Positions 1 through 9,274 of a stretch of 52,243 bases of DNA are shown here, one piece after another. The notes beneath the pieces were generated by a model that was not told where the DNA came from, searched no databases, and was given only the letters and a program-made list of their open reading frames with translations. The stretch spans positions 1 to 52,243 of the forward strand of contig JBAXPH010000001.1 of the NCBI GenBank assembly GCA_037132355.1. The letters are read 5' to 3'. Position numbers and translations under genes: made by a program. This stretch comes from Actinomycetes bacterium (GTDB lineage: Bacteria > Actinomycetota > Actinomycetes > Nanopelagicales > Nanopelagicaceae). Within the stretch, counting starts at the first letter, position 1. The number at the start of each line of letters is the position of its first letter.

Positions 1-114
1 CTGCATCAATTGATTGTTCATCTTGAGGAAGAAAAGTTTATAAAGCCAGGAATGCGTGAGATTGTGCAATGGACAACTACTGTTGATAATGCACTGAAAG
101 CATGTGGCGCATGA
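1..114 (+). CDS. 3' end of a CDS truncated by the window edge, probably a LOG-family (TIGR00730) protein
   Basis: Frame 1 is open: LHQLIVHLEEEKFIKPGMREIVQWTTTVDNALKACGA*. Resembles a LOG C-terminus; the stop overlaps the next ATG (ATGA at 111-114). Confidence 0.6.
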   Translation: MHQLIVHLEEEKFIKPGMREIVQWTTTVDNALKACGA

Positions 115-539
115 GAAGTAATCACATTGCAATGAGCCTTGTCATTAAGGCACCTATTGAAAAAGTGTGGGCAGCACTTGCCGATTGGGAATCTCAAGGT
201 GATTGGATGTTGCAAACAAAAGTTGAAGTGACATCAGATATTCGCGAAGGCGTTGGCACAACAATTGCCGCGTTTACTGGAATTGGTAAATTGGGAGTAA
301 TGGACCACATGGTGGTTACATCGTGGCAACCCCCACACATCTGCGATGTTTTACATACCGGCACAATCATTAAAGGGACTGGTCGGTTTGAATTAGTTGT
401 GATCGATGCAAATACCACTCGTTTTAATTGGTCCGAAGAGATTGTGGCTCCACGAGCACTATTCCTTCTAATAGCGCCCGGTTTGTACGCTGGAGTGCGC
501 ATCTCACTGGCCAAGCTGGGCCGCCATTTGCGCCATTGA
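111..539 (+). CDS. SRPBCC/polyketide cyclase family protein
   Basis: IKAPIEKVWAALADWESQGDWM pattern; start set at the ATGA overlap at 111. Confidence 0.8.
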   Translation: MRSNHIAMSLVIKAPIEKVWAALADWESQGDWMLQTKVEVTSDIREGVGTTIAAFTGIGKLGVMDHMVVTSWQPPHICDVLHTGTIIKGTGRFELVVIDANTTRFNWSEEIVAPRALFLLIAPGLYAGVRISLAKLGRHLRH

Positions 540-568
540 AAGTAATCTAAAAGAAGTAAACTAAGCCA

Positions 569-763
569 ATGGGCAAGCAATCGCAGACTCTCGCAGATGC
601 GCTTGCCTCGTTACCGGATGAAGAACGCATCATCTTGACGATGCACTATCTCAAATCAATGTCGGCAGCCGATATCGCGGCGATGCTAGGGGTACCTGAG
701 CGCTCTGCCGATGCGATTATCAAGCAAGGTAAGGCCAGATTGAGCGCGATTTTGGGTATTTAA
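569..763 (+). CDS. Stand-alone sigma-70 region 4 (HTH) protein, 64 aa
   Basis: LADALASLPDEERIILTMHYLKSMSAADIAAMLGV matches region 4; -10-like TAAACT 6 nt before the ATG. Confidence 0.75.
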   Translation: MGKQSQTLADALASLPDEERIILTMHYLKSMSAADIAAMLGVPERSADAIIKQGKARLSAILGI

Positions 764-866
764 GGGCTTATCTCGATTTCGCACAACGGTGCATTGTGCG
801 AGATACTTACGCCCTTGCTGTAAAGCCAGTTATTCAACCGAATAACACCGATAGAGGAGTCCCCAC

Positions 867-1046
867 ATGGCAGCCATGAAACCCCGCACTGGTGATGGTC
901 CTATGGAGGTCACAAAGGAAGCTCGCTCATTAGTCATGCGAATCCCTCTAGAAGGTGGCGGCCGCTTGGTCGTTGAAATGAACGCAGAAGAAGCAAATAA
1001 CCTCAGTGCCGCTTTACACGCAGCAGTCGCGCTAGTTAAGAAGTAA
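867..1046 (+). CDS. DUF3117 family protein, 59 aa (missing from the ORF track)
   Basis: Manual translation MAAMKPRTGDGPMEVTKEARSLVMRIPLEGGGRLVVEMNAEEANNLSAALHAAVALVKK; GAGGAG RBS upstream. Confidence 0.92.
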   Translation: MAAMKPRTGDGPMEVTKEARSLVMRIPLEGGGRLVVEMNAEEANNLSAALHAAVALVKK

Positions 1047-1077
1047 TTCCTTTTCGAAGGCACTAGCCTTACCAATC

Positions 1078-2553
1078 ATGTCAGCACTACCAATTGCCGC
1101 CCCGCTAGATATCAAAGCGGCGTCATCGGCTAATTCGATTGCAATTGGTTTTGTAAAAAATCCTGATGAATCCTTTGAATGTGTCGGGCCATTAGTTGCA
1201 GATATTGAAAAATTCTTCGGACTCAATTTAATTGATGAGTTAACTTTCTTTGGTCCAACAGGTAAAGCTGGAGAAATTTTCGAGATTCCAGTTAGCGCAA
1301 CAGATTCTCCAACCGATCGAATTTTCTTGGTTGGAATCGGAGATCAATCAGGTTCGGCACTTAGAGCTGCCGGTGCATCGGTGGGCCGCAAGGTTCGAGG
1401 AAAAAATCTAACTATCTATTCGGCTTGCGCAGTAAAAGAGATTAAAGCACATGCAATCTCAATGGCACTTGGCGCATGGGTATGGAATTTGAAAACTGAT
1501 AAGAAAAAAGAAGAACCACGTTTGCTCATTGGAAGTAAAGACACAAAGAATGTTGACAACGCTGCTGCAATTGCACAAGCTATATGCCGCGCTCGCGATT
1601 TAATTCATACGCCTGCAAATATTAAGACACCAGCATGGATGGGAAAACAAGCTGAACTTTTTGCAAAGGGAACATCTTTAAAGGTAAAGATTTATGCCGG
1701 AAATGAGCTTAAAGAGTTCGGGGGATTGAGAGCGGTTGGTGGTTCATCACCAAAGCCTGGTCCGCGCATGATTGAAGTTTCTTATCAGCCAAAGTCAAAG
1801 AAGAAATCTATTGATGCATTGCCCCACGTAGTTTTGGTAGGCAAAGGAATCACTTTTGATACTGGTGGTGTTTCACTAAAGCGTCCTTACGACACCATGA
1901 TGGCGATGAAGAGCGACATGGCTGGGTCTGCTGCAATTTTGGCAACTCTGACTGCACTAGAAGATTTGCAACCAAATGTTCGGGTAACAGCATTGATGAT
2001 GATGGCTGAAAATGCCATCTCTGGCACGGCCCAACGCCCGAGCGATGTTATTAAACATTACGGTGGAACAACCGTAGAAGTTATAAATACAGATGCCGAA
2101 GGTCGTTTAGTACTGGCAGATGGACTTGCTTATGCAGATCTAAATCTAGATCCAGATTATTTAGTAGATATTGCAACACTCACTGGCGCTGCAACACTTG
2201 GACTTGGTCGCCAATATGCAGCTATGTACACGCGCGATCATGCACTTGCTGCGCAGATATCTAAAGCTGGTGAAACTACTGGTGATCGTGTTTGGCACAT
2301 GCCGCTCGTCGATGATTATAAAGATTCACTCGTTAGCGATATTGCAGATTTTAATCACAACGCGAGTAAAGGAAAGTATTCAGCAGGCTCTGTAACTGCA
2401 GCCTTGTTCCTCGAAAACTTTGTTGGCGCACGTCGTTGGGTTCATTTAGATATTGCTGGTACCGCACGTAGCGAAGTTGATGCAGGCGAGAATTCAAAAG
2501 GTGGAACGGGATTCGGTGTTCGCTTGCTCACTGAATGGATCACTTCGCTGTGA
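1078..2553 (+). CDS. pepA: Leucyl aminopeptidase (M17)
   Basis: VGKGITFDTGG, MKSDMAG, NTDAEGRL and WVHLDIAG motifs. Confidence 0.95.
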   Translation: MSALPIAAPLDIKAASSANSIAIGFVKNPDESFECVGPLVADIEKFFGLNLIDELTFFGPTGKAGEIFEIPVSATDSPTDRIFLVGIGDQSGSALRAAGASVGRKVRGKNLTIYSACAVKEIKAHAISMALGAWVWNLKTDKKKEEPRLLIGSKDTKNVDNAAAIAQAICRARDLIHTPANIKTPAWMGKQAELFAKGTSLKVKIYAGNELKEFGGLRAVGGSSPKPGPRMIEVSYQPKSKKKSIDALPHVVLVGKGITFDTGGVSLKRPYDTMMAMKSDMAGSAAILATLTALEDLQPNVRVTALMMMAENAISGTAQRPSDVIKHYGGTTVEVINTDAEGRLVLADGLAYADLNLDPDYLVDIATLTGAATLGLGRQYAAMYTRDHALAAQISKAGETTGDRVWHMPLVDDYKDSLVSDIADFNHNASKGKYSAGSVTAALFLENFVGARRWVHLDIAGTARSEVDAGENSKGGTGFGVRLLTEWITSL

Positions 2554-3179
2554 TGAAGATTGATCCACATGATTTTGCAGAAGGTTTTATCCCTGAGGAC
2601 TATTTCAAATCTCAGGCACGTGCTCGAGGTGTAGAACTAGGTACAACCGATACAACCCCTGGCTGCGGGGCATTTTTGAAATATTTAGCATTTACATTGA
2701 AAGCACAATCGGTTGTCGAAGTCGGAACAGGCTCTGGCGTAGGCTCATTGTGGTTGTTGGATGGAATGCTGGAAAGCGGAACCCTAACTTCAATTGATGA
2801 TGAGATGGAACATACGCAAATTGCAAAGTTAGCCTTTGCTGAAGCTGATATTGCCCAGGGGCGATATCGCCTCATCACTAATAACGTTGTCGATGTAATT
2901 TCAAAACTAACTGATCGTGCATATGACTTAGTTGTTGTGCGCCATAATCCCGAAGATCTCAGTTACATAATTAGCGAAGCACATCGCATTTTGCGCAGCG
3001 GAGGAAGCTTGGTGATCGATAATTATTTCGGCGGAGGTAAGGTCAGCGATCCAACACAGCGCGACCCAAAAACCGTAGCTTTGCGTGATGCTGGGAAAAT
3101 AATCAAGAACGACTCAGAGCATTGGGTGAGTTCATTGATTTCTATAGGCGATGGCTTGCTCGTAGCAACGAAGGTGTAA
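2553..3179 (+). CDS. SAM-dependent O-methyltransferase (Rv1220c-like)
   Basis: VVEVGTGSGVGSLWLL motif I, C-terminal IGDGLLVA; TGATG overlap with pepA. Confidence 0.88.
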   Translation: MKIDPHDFAEGFIPEDYFKSQARARGVELGTTDTTPGCGAFLKYLAFTLKAQSVVEVGTGSGVGSLWLLDGMLESGTLTSIDDEMEHTQIAKLAFAEADIAQGRYRLITNNVVDVISKLTDRAYDLVVVRHNPEDLSYIISEAHRILRSGGSLVIDNYFGGGKVSDPTQRDPKTVALRDAGKIIKNDSEHWVSSLISIGDGLLVATKV

Positions 3180-3189
3180 AGATATAGCC

Positions 3190-4314
3190 ATGATTTTTCC
3201 ACGAAATAAGAAAAGCGAAGTAGCCCCTGCCGCTTGGTGGCAAGCTCCACAATCTACAAAGAGCTCAAAGGGCAATGTTATTTTAATTGCAATTCTTGCT
3301 GGCTCATTAGGAAGTTTCTTGGGAGTAAATGCTGCCGGTGGGTCACTGTTTCATAATGTGAATTTAGTGTCATCGACAAGCACAATCGAACGTGCACCAG
3401 ATTCTGTCGCAGGGATTGCCCAACGTGTATTGCCATCAGTAGTTTCAATTAGTACTCGTACTATAAATGGTGGCGAAACTGGATCTGGCTTTGTAATTGA
3501 TAGCACTGGTTACATTCTTACAAATAATCATGTGATCAATGATGCCGTTGTGAATGGTGGAAAAATTCAAGTTTCACTTAACAATGGTTCTACCTATAGC
3601 GGCACAGTGGTGGGTCGTGATGCCTCTTTTGATTTAGCAGTGATAAAAATTGATGCAGTTGGTTTGAAGGCATTGCAATTCGGAGATAGCGACAAGATTG
3701 CTGTTGGTGATGCTGTAATTGCAATTGGGTCACCGCTTGGATTATCGGGCACTGTCACGACTGGAATAATTAGTGCGAAAAATCGTGCGGTCACTGCTGG
3801 AGATTCGACTACTGAGAGTTCATTTATTAATGCTTTGCAGACAGATGCGGCAATTAATCCTGGTAATTCTGGTGGTCCACTAGTTGATGCAACGGGTGCG
3901 GTGATTGGTATCAACTCCGCAATTGCTTCTCTCGGTACATCAGCCCAAACCGGATCTATTGGTTTAGGTTTTGCAATTCCAATAAATCAAGCTCGCAAGA
4001 TTGCCGATCAATTAATCAAAGATGGGGTTGTGACATACCCAGTGATTGGTGTTTCGTTGAACATGAACTACACGGGCCAAGGTGCTCAGGTCTCAACCAC
4101 TGGCAAAGGAATATTGGCTGGTAGTCCAGCAGAAAAAGCTGGATTACGCGGCGGAGATGTGATTGTCGAATTTGATGGAAAAACTATTAATGCCCCAGAA
4201 GAGTTAATCGTCTTAGTCCGATCCAAAAATGTTGGAGATCGCGTAACCCTTGGATTTCTGCGTGATTCTGTTAGAAAATCGGTTACTTTGACGTTGATCG
4301 CAGCCAAGAAGTAA
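3190..4314 (+). CDS. htrA: HtrA/DegP serine protease with PDZ domain
   Basis: TNNHV, DLAVIK, TDAAINPGNSGGPL; N-terminal TM segment; C-terminal PDZ. Confidence 0.95.
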   Translation: MIFPRNKKSEVAPAAWWQAPQSTKSSKGNVILIAILAGSLGSFLGVNAAGGSLFHNVNLVSSTSTIERAPDSVAGIAQRVLPSVVSISTRTINGGETGSGFVIDSTGYILTNNHVINDAVVNGGKIQVSLNNGSTYSGTVVGRDASFDLAVIKIDAVGLKALQFGDSDKIAVGDAVIAIGSPLGLSGTVTTGIISAKNRAVTAGDSTTESSFINALQTDAAINPGNSGGPLVDATGAVIGINSAIASLGTSAQTGSIGLGFAIPINQARKIADQLIKDGVVTYPVIGVSLNMNYTGQGAQVSTTGKGILAGSPAEKAGLRGGDVIVEFDGKTINAPEELIVLVRSKNVGDRVTLGFLRDSVRKSVTLTLIAAKK

Positions 4315-4332
4315 TTGGCGTAGGCTACCTCC

Positions 4333-4641
4333 ATGTTCTTTGACATCGGAGCGGGCGAAATATTAGGCCTAGCAATTTTGGGAATGATATTAGTTGGCCC
4401 TGAGCGTTTGCCTAAGTTGGCCGTTGAGGCTGCACAGTGGGTTAAAAAGATTCGTGCTTTAGCAACTACAGCAACCGCTGAATTGCGCGAAAACCTAGGA
4501 CCAGGCTTTGAAGATTTACAACCTAAGGATTTAAATCCAAAAACCTTTATGAAAAAGCAGGTTGCAGATTTGCTGGATGAAGGAACACCGAAACCGAAGG
4601 TAAATCGTCCAGCGGCAATGATTGACCCAGATCTCCTATGA
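4333..4641 (+). CDS. tatB: Sec-independent translocase TatB
   Basis: FDIGAGEILGLAILGMILVGPERLP; conserved htrA-tatB-mrp order. Confidence 0.9.
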   Translation: MFFDIGAGEILGLAILGMILVGPERLPKLAVEAAQWVKKIRALATTATAELRENLGPGFEDLQPKDLNPKTFMKKQVADLLDEGTPKPKVNRPAAMIDPDLL

Positions 4642-5759
4642 GTTTAATTGACCAGGTTTCTGAGGCCCTAACTAAAGTTCAAGATCCAGAGCTTCGCCAT
4701 CCCATTACTGAATTAGGTATGGTCGATGATTTACAGGAAAAAGATGGTGTTGTAACTATCAATGTTTTGCTTACGATCTCTGCTTGCCCAATGCAAGATC
4801 GATTGCGAACTGATGTTACAAATGCGATCATGGCGGTAGCAGGGATAAAATCAGTTGATTTAACTTTTGGAGTCATGACTGAAGATCAACGGAATAATGT
4901 TAAAAAAATAGTTCGTGGTGGACGCGAAAAATTTATTCCATTTGCACAACCTGATTCTTTGACTCGTGTCATCGGAATCGCTTCAGGTAAAGGTGGGGTA
5001 GGAAAATCTTCGGTTACCGCCAACCTTGCAGTCGCAGCAGCTAAAAAGGGCTTGAGTGTTGGAATTCTAGATGCTGATGTTTATGGTCACTCAATTCCTC
5101 GTTTGATGGGATTGATGGGGCAACGACCAACTGCGATTGATCAAATGTTTATTCCGCTCGAGTCTTATGGTGTTAAGACAGTTTCTATGGAAATGTTTAA
5201 ACCCGAGCGATCCGACCCTGTTGCCTATCGTGGGCCGCTCTTGCACCGAGTACTTGAGCAGCTTCTTTCTGATGCATATTGGGGAGATCTTGATGTTCTG
5301 CTCATCGATCTGCCCCCTGGCACTGGTGATTTAGCGATTTCGTTGGGTCAATTGATTCCGAATTCTGAAATTATTGTTGTTACAACTCCACAGATAGCAG
5401 CTGCTGAAGTTGCAGAACGTGCAGGGCGAATTGCTCACCAAATTCATCAGCACGTGATTGGCGTTATTGAAAATATGTCACAGTTCCCATGCCCATCATG
5501 TGGTGAGCCAATGTCATTATTTGGCGAAGGCGGGGGAGAAGAAACTTCTCGTCGCCTTTCTCAACTTGTTGGAAGTGATGTTCCATTGCTTGGGAAGATT
5601 CCATTTAGCCCAGCATTGAGAACCGGCGGAGATGATGGTGCCCCTGTAGTAGAAGCGGATCCAACATCGGTTGCTGCGATTGCGATTACAGAGATAGCAG
5701 AAAAGATTGTGAAACGAAATAAGTCTTTAGTTGGAGTCCGATTGGGAATCTCTACGTAA
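4638..5759 (+). CDS. mrp: Mrp/NBP35 Fe-S carrier ATPase
   Basis: N-terminal DUF59 (DPEL...CP), SGKGGVGKS, DLPPGTGD, ENMS...CPSC. Confidence 0.95.
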   Translation: MSLIDQVSEALTKVQDPELRHPITELGMVDDLQEKDGVVTINVLLTISACPMQDRLRTDVTNAIMAVAGIKSVDLTFGVMTEDQRNNVKKIVRGGREKFIPFAQPDSLTRVIGIASGKGGVGKSSVTANLAVAAAKKGLSVGILDADVYGHSIPRLMGLMGQRPTAIDQMFIPLESYGVKTVSMEMFKPERSDPVAYRGPLLHRVLEQLLSDAYWGDLDVLLIDLPPGTGDLAISLGQLIPNSEIIVVTTPQIAAAEVAERAGRIAHQIHQHVIGVIENMSQFPCPSCGEPMSLFGEGGGEETSRRLSQLVGSDVPLLGKIPFSPALRTGGDDGAPVVEADPTSVAAIAITEIAEKIVKRNKSLVGVRLGIST

Positions 5760-6224
5760 CTCTTTCGCAAGCTCTTCTACCAAATCTGCAAGTTCACTGC
5801 GTACGAAGTCACGAGTTGCAACCTCACCCAAAGAATTACGCAATGCAGCGAGTTCGCGAGTTAGATATTCGGTATCAGCAATTGAGCGTTCATTTTGTGC
5901 ACGATCTTCATTGAGCTGAATTCGATCACGGTCAGCCTGGCGATTTTGCGCAAGAAGAATGAGCGGAGCAGCGTAAGAAGCTTGTAAAGAAAGAATCAAC
6001 GTCAAAAAGATAAATGGATAATCATCAAAACGAAGTTCAACCGGTGCGGCAAAATTCCACACCACCCAAAACATTACAAAAAATGTCATGTATACAAGGA
6101 AGCGCGCAGTACCCAAGAATCGTGCAAACCGTTCAGATAGACGACCAAATGCTTCTGGATCGAAGTTAGGACGCAGTGAACGTCGTGTCTCGCGAGGAGT
6201 ATCTAATCCATTGTTACGTGCCAT
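5727..6224 (-). CDS. DUF1003 membrane protein
   Basis: FDDYPFIFLTLILSLQASYAAPLILLAQNRQ signature. Confidence 0.9.
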   Translation of the reverse strand: MARNNGLDTPRETRRSLRPNFDPEAFGRLSERFARFLGTARFLVYMTFFVMFWVVWNFAAPVELRFDDYPFIFLTLILSLQASYAAPLILLAQNRQADRDRIQLNEDRAQNERSIADTEYLTRELAALRNSLGEVATRDFVRSELADLVEELAKELRRDSQSDSN

Positions 6225-6236
6225 GTCTTGACCCCC

Positions 6237-7514
6237 TTACAAAGTTTCTGTCTTAAAAGTTACTGGTGATTTTTCTCGGTGATCATGTCGCCAATTCTCT
6301 GGCAGCAAGTGATCGAGCACGTCATCAACTGTTACAGCACCTAGCAAACGCTCATTCGCATCGACTACAGGCAGAGAAAGCATGTTGTAACTAGCTAAAT
6401 ATGATGAAACTTCATGTAAAGAAGCATCTGGGTTAACACCCTTTGAATCGTTATCAACAATTGAACCCAACAAGGTTGCAGGTGGTTCGCGTAATAAACG
6501 TTGGTAGTGAACAACTCCCATGAAGCGACCGGTAGGTGTTTCAATTGGTTGGCGACAGATATAAATCTGAGAAGCAAGAGCCGGAGAAATTTCTTTCTGA
6601 CGAACCGCAGCTAGTGCATCAGCAACTGTTGAATCCGCTGTCAAAACGATTGGCTCAGTCGTCATCATTCCACCGGCTGAATAGTCTTCATACGTCATTA
6701 GGCGCAGGACATCTTCGGCATCTTCAGGTTCCATTAGATCTAGCAGCGTATTTGCGCGCTCTTCACCAATTTCGCGCAGTAAATCTGCCGCATCATCTGG
6801 ATCCATTTCACCTAGTACATCCGCAGCACGTTCACCTTCGAGCTCGGCTAACAGTGCGACGCGATCTGTCTCATCCATTTCTTCAAGCACATCGGCAAGA
6901 CGTTCATCATCTAGAGCAATTGCAACTTCAACACGACGCTTTGGTGCAAGATCTTGTAAAACGGCTGCAAGGTCTGCTGCACGAAGATTGGCAAGTGTTG
7001 ACATTAAATTTGCAACACCTTGGTTTTGTTCAGTGTTTGCAAAACCTGTTACTTCTTCCCAGGCGACAGTTGATGTTGCTCCTTTACGACGCAAACCGCG
7101 TCCGCGGCGCATGATGTGAACGCGATTGATTAACCAATCACCAGTACGTGTCTCTTCCATACCCATGTCTTCAACGACAACAGCTTCACCAGATTCAATT
7201 AAAGTAATTGAACGATCCAACATCTCGCCAAGAACTAGTACTTCACCCGGACGTGTATCAAAACGGCGCATATTTAGAAGTCCAGTGATGACAACTGCTC
7301 CACTTTCAATCGAAGTTACACGCGTGATTGGAACAAAGACTCGACGACGCAAAGGAACTTCAACAACTAATCCAAGAATTCGTGGGGGTTGATTTGTAGA
7401 ACGAAGGGTCGCGACAGCATCTCGCACCTTTCCTACTGGATCACCATTTGGGTCAAAGACCGCGGTACCTGCAAGACGGGCGAGAAATACTCGGTTTAAG
7501 AGATTGCCGCTCAT
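6237..7514 (-). CDS. MgtE N-terminal/CBS domain protein with PRC barrels, no membrane domain
   Basis: ADVLGEMDPDDAADLL, SAGGMMTTE, LGAVTVDDVLD; no hydrophobic C-terminus. Confidence 0.88.
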   Translation of the reverse strand: MSGNLLNRVFLARLAGTAVFDPNGDPVGKVRDAVATLRSTNQPPRILGLVVEVPLRRRVFVPITRVTSIESGAVVITGLLNMRRFDTRPGEVLVLGEMLDRSITLIESGEAVVVEDMGMEETRTGDWLINRVHIMRRGRGLRRKGATSTVAWEEVTGFANTEQNQGVANLMSTLANLRAADLAAVLQDLAPKRRVEVAIALDDERLADVLEEMDETDRVALLAELEGERAADVLGEMDPDDAADLLREIGEERANTLLDLMEPEDAEDVLRLMTYEDYSAGGMMTTEPIVLTADSTVADALAAVRQKEISPALASQIYICRQPIETPTGRFMGVVHYQRLLREPPATLLGSIVDNDSKGVNPDASLHEVSSYLASYNMLSLPVVDANERLLGAVTVDDVLDHLLPENWRHDHREKSPVTFKTETL

Positions 7515-7536
7515 GGGATAAGGGTACCTTTCTCTT
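7515..7536. promoter_or_regulatory. Putative bidirectional leaderless promoter
   Basis: 22-bp gap between divergent ATGs; AGGGTACCTT gives TACCTT (+) and TACCCT (-), each 6 nt from its start codon. Confidence 0.65.
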
Positions 7537-8436
7537 ATGAGCGCTGGCGAACCAATAAAGATTGATCAACATACAACCATGCCTGCGCGGCCAGATCTGA
7601 TTCGTTTAGGTCTCGGAATTATTGGAATCGGAACATCTGGGCCATTAATTGCGATGAGCACAATGCCTGTCCTGACATTGATCTTTTGGAGAAATCTTGG
7701 CGGCTCATTAGTGACCTTGCCCTTTGCGCTTCGCCATCAGCGTGACAGGACAGGCGTGAAGTGGGCCGCATTTGCCGGAGTTGTATTGGCACTTCATTTT
7801 GTTGGATTCTTTTTAGCAATGCGAATGACAACGGTTGCCGCCGGAACTGCATTAGTTGCTTTGCAACCAATATTTGCTGCTTTATTTGTAAAACTTTCAG
7901 GCGGGCACATTCCATCAAAAGCATGGCTCGGAATGATTGTTAGTTTTGCTGGCGTATTACTTGTTGTCGGAGTAGATCTTCAAATTTCATTCAAGTCATT
8001 TTTAGGAGATTTAGCTGCACTTATTTCAGCAGCACTAGCAGCTGCATACATGATGGCGGGCTCTAAAGCACAAAGAACTCTAGAAACCACCACGTACACA
8101 ACCATTTGTTATTTTATCTGCTCGATGACAGCGCTGCCCATGGCATTAATTGCTGGCAACGAAATATTTTCTTTTAGTGCCAGGGAGTGGTGGATCCTTT
8201 TGGGACTAATTCTCGGGGCGCAACTACTAGGACACTCCATGTTTAACTCTGCATTAAAGAGAGTTTCACCCGCAGTTGTTTCCTTAATTGTATTTTTTGA
8301 AGTTCCAGTCAGTGCTGTTCTTGCGGCATGGTGGATAGGTCAAACACCTCCAGCTGGAATCATTCCAGGTATCGCTCTAATTCTCCTTGGTTGCGTTTTA
8401 GTTGTTACCAGAACACGAGGCATAAGAAATGATTGA
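7537..8436 (+). CDS. DMT/EamA family transporter
   Basis: About 10 hydrophobic segments in two EamA-like repeats. Confidence 0.88.
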   Translation: MSAGEPIKIDQHTTMPARPDLIRLGLGIIGIGTSGPLIAMSTMPVLTLIFWRNLGGSLVTLPFALRHQRDRTGVKWAAFAGVVLALHFVGFFLAMRMTTVAAGTALVALQPIFAALFVKLSGGHIPSKAWLGMIVSFAGVLLVVGVDLQISFKSFLGDLAALISAALAAAYMMAGSKAQRTLETTTYTTICYFICSMTALPMALIAGNEIFSFSAREWWILLGLILGAQLLGHSMFNSALKRVSPAVVSLIVFFEVPVSAVLAAWWIGQTPPAGIIPGIALILLGCVLVVTRTRGIRND

Positions 8437-9274
8437 TCTGCACACACATACGACTTGTAGTGACGGCACTGATTCACCACATCAATTAGTAAATAAGGCA
8501 ATAGTCCAAGGATTAGAAGTTTTGGGAATCACAGATCACGACACAACTTCGGGATGGGAAGAAGCAACCCAAGCTTTGCGTGGAACTCTGAAGTTAGCGC
8601 TAGGTGCTGAAATTTCCTGCTTAACAACAGACGGAGTAAGTGTTCATATGTTGGGCTTGCTTTTTGATCCGCTACATAAGGAAATGCAAACCGTTTTAGA
8701 AGAAACTCGAGATGGCCGTTTACCCCGCATGCGGAAAATGATTGAGAAAATGCGTGCCGAAGGTATGGATATCTCCATAAACGATGTTGAAGAAGCGATG
8801 CCTGCAGGGGCCACAATGGGTCGCCCGCACCTAGCAGATGCATTAGTAGCAAAGAAAATTGTTAAATCTCGCGATGAAGCATTTGTTGAATTACTCCACA
8901 ATGATTCGCGCTTCTATGTTTCCCATGCAGCACCAACGCCAGTGGAAGCAGTTGGATTGATCCGACGAGCTGGGGGAGTTGCAATAATTGCCCACCCATT
9001 TGCATCACATCGGGGACAAATCTTGAAACCTACTGATTTTGCGGATTTAGTCAGTGCAGGTCTTAATGGAATTGAAGTAGATCATCGAGATCAAAACCCA
9101 GATGAGCGTGCGATGCTGCGTGTTATTGCGCGCGAATTAGATTTAGTTGTGACAGGTAGTAGCGATTATCACGGAACCGGGAAACTTAATTCATTGGCAG
9201 AAAACCACACAAATAAGGAAGAATGGCTTAAGTTAGAAGCACAAGCCAATGCTCGAAGGGTCATAAACGCATGA
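8429..9274 (+). CDS. PHP-domain metallophosphoesterase (TrpH/YciV-like)
   Basis: DLHTHTTCSDG, ITDHD, AHP and GSSDYHG motifs. Confidence 0.93.
   Translation: MIDLHTHTTCSDGTDSPHQLVNKAIVQGLEVLGITDHDTTSGWEEATQALRGTLKLALGAEISCLTTDGVSVHMLGLLFDPLHKEMQTVLEETRDGRLPRMRKMIEKMRAEGMDISINDVEEAMPAGATMGRPHLADALVAKKIVKSRDEAFVELLHNDSRFYVSHAAPTPVEAVGLIRRAGGVAIIAHPFASHRGQILKPTDFADLVSAGLNGIEVDHRDQNPDERAMLRVIARELDLVVTGSSDYHGTGKLNSLAENHTNKEEWLKLEAQANARRVINA

Noticed and set aside
6536-7114. 192-aa antisense ORF and the many other shadow ORFs in the track
   Set aside because: They overlap well-supported genes on the other strand or frame and show no recognisable motifs.
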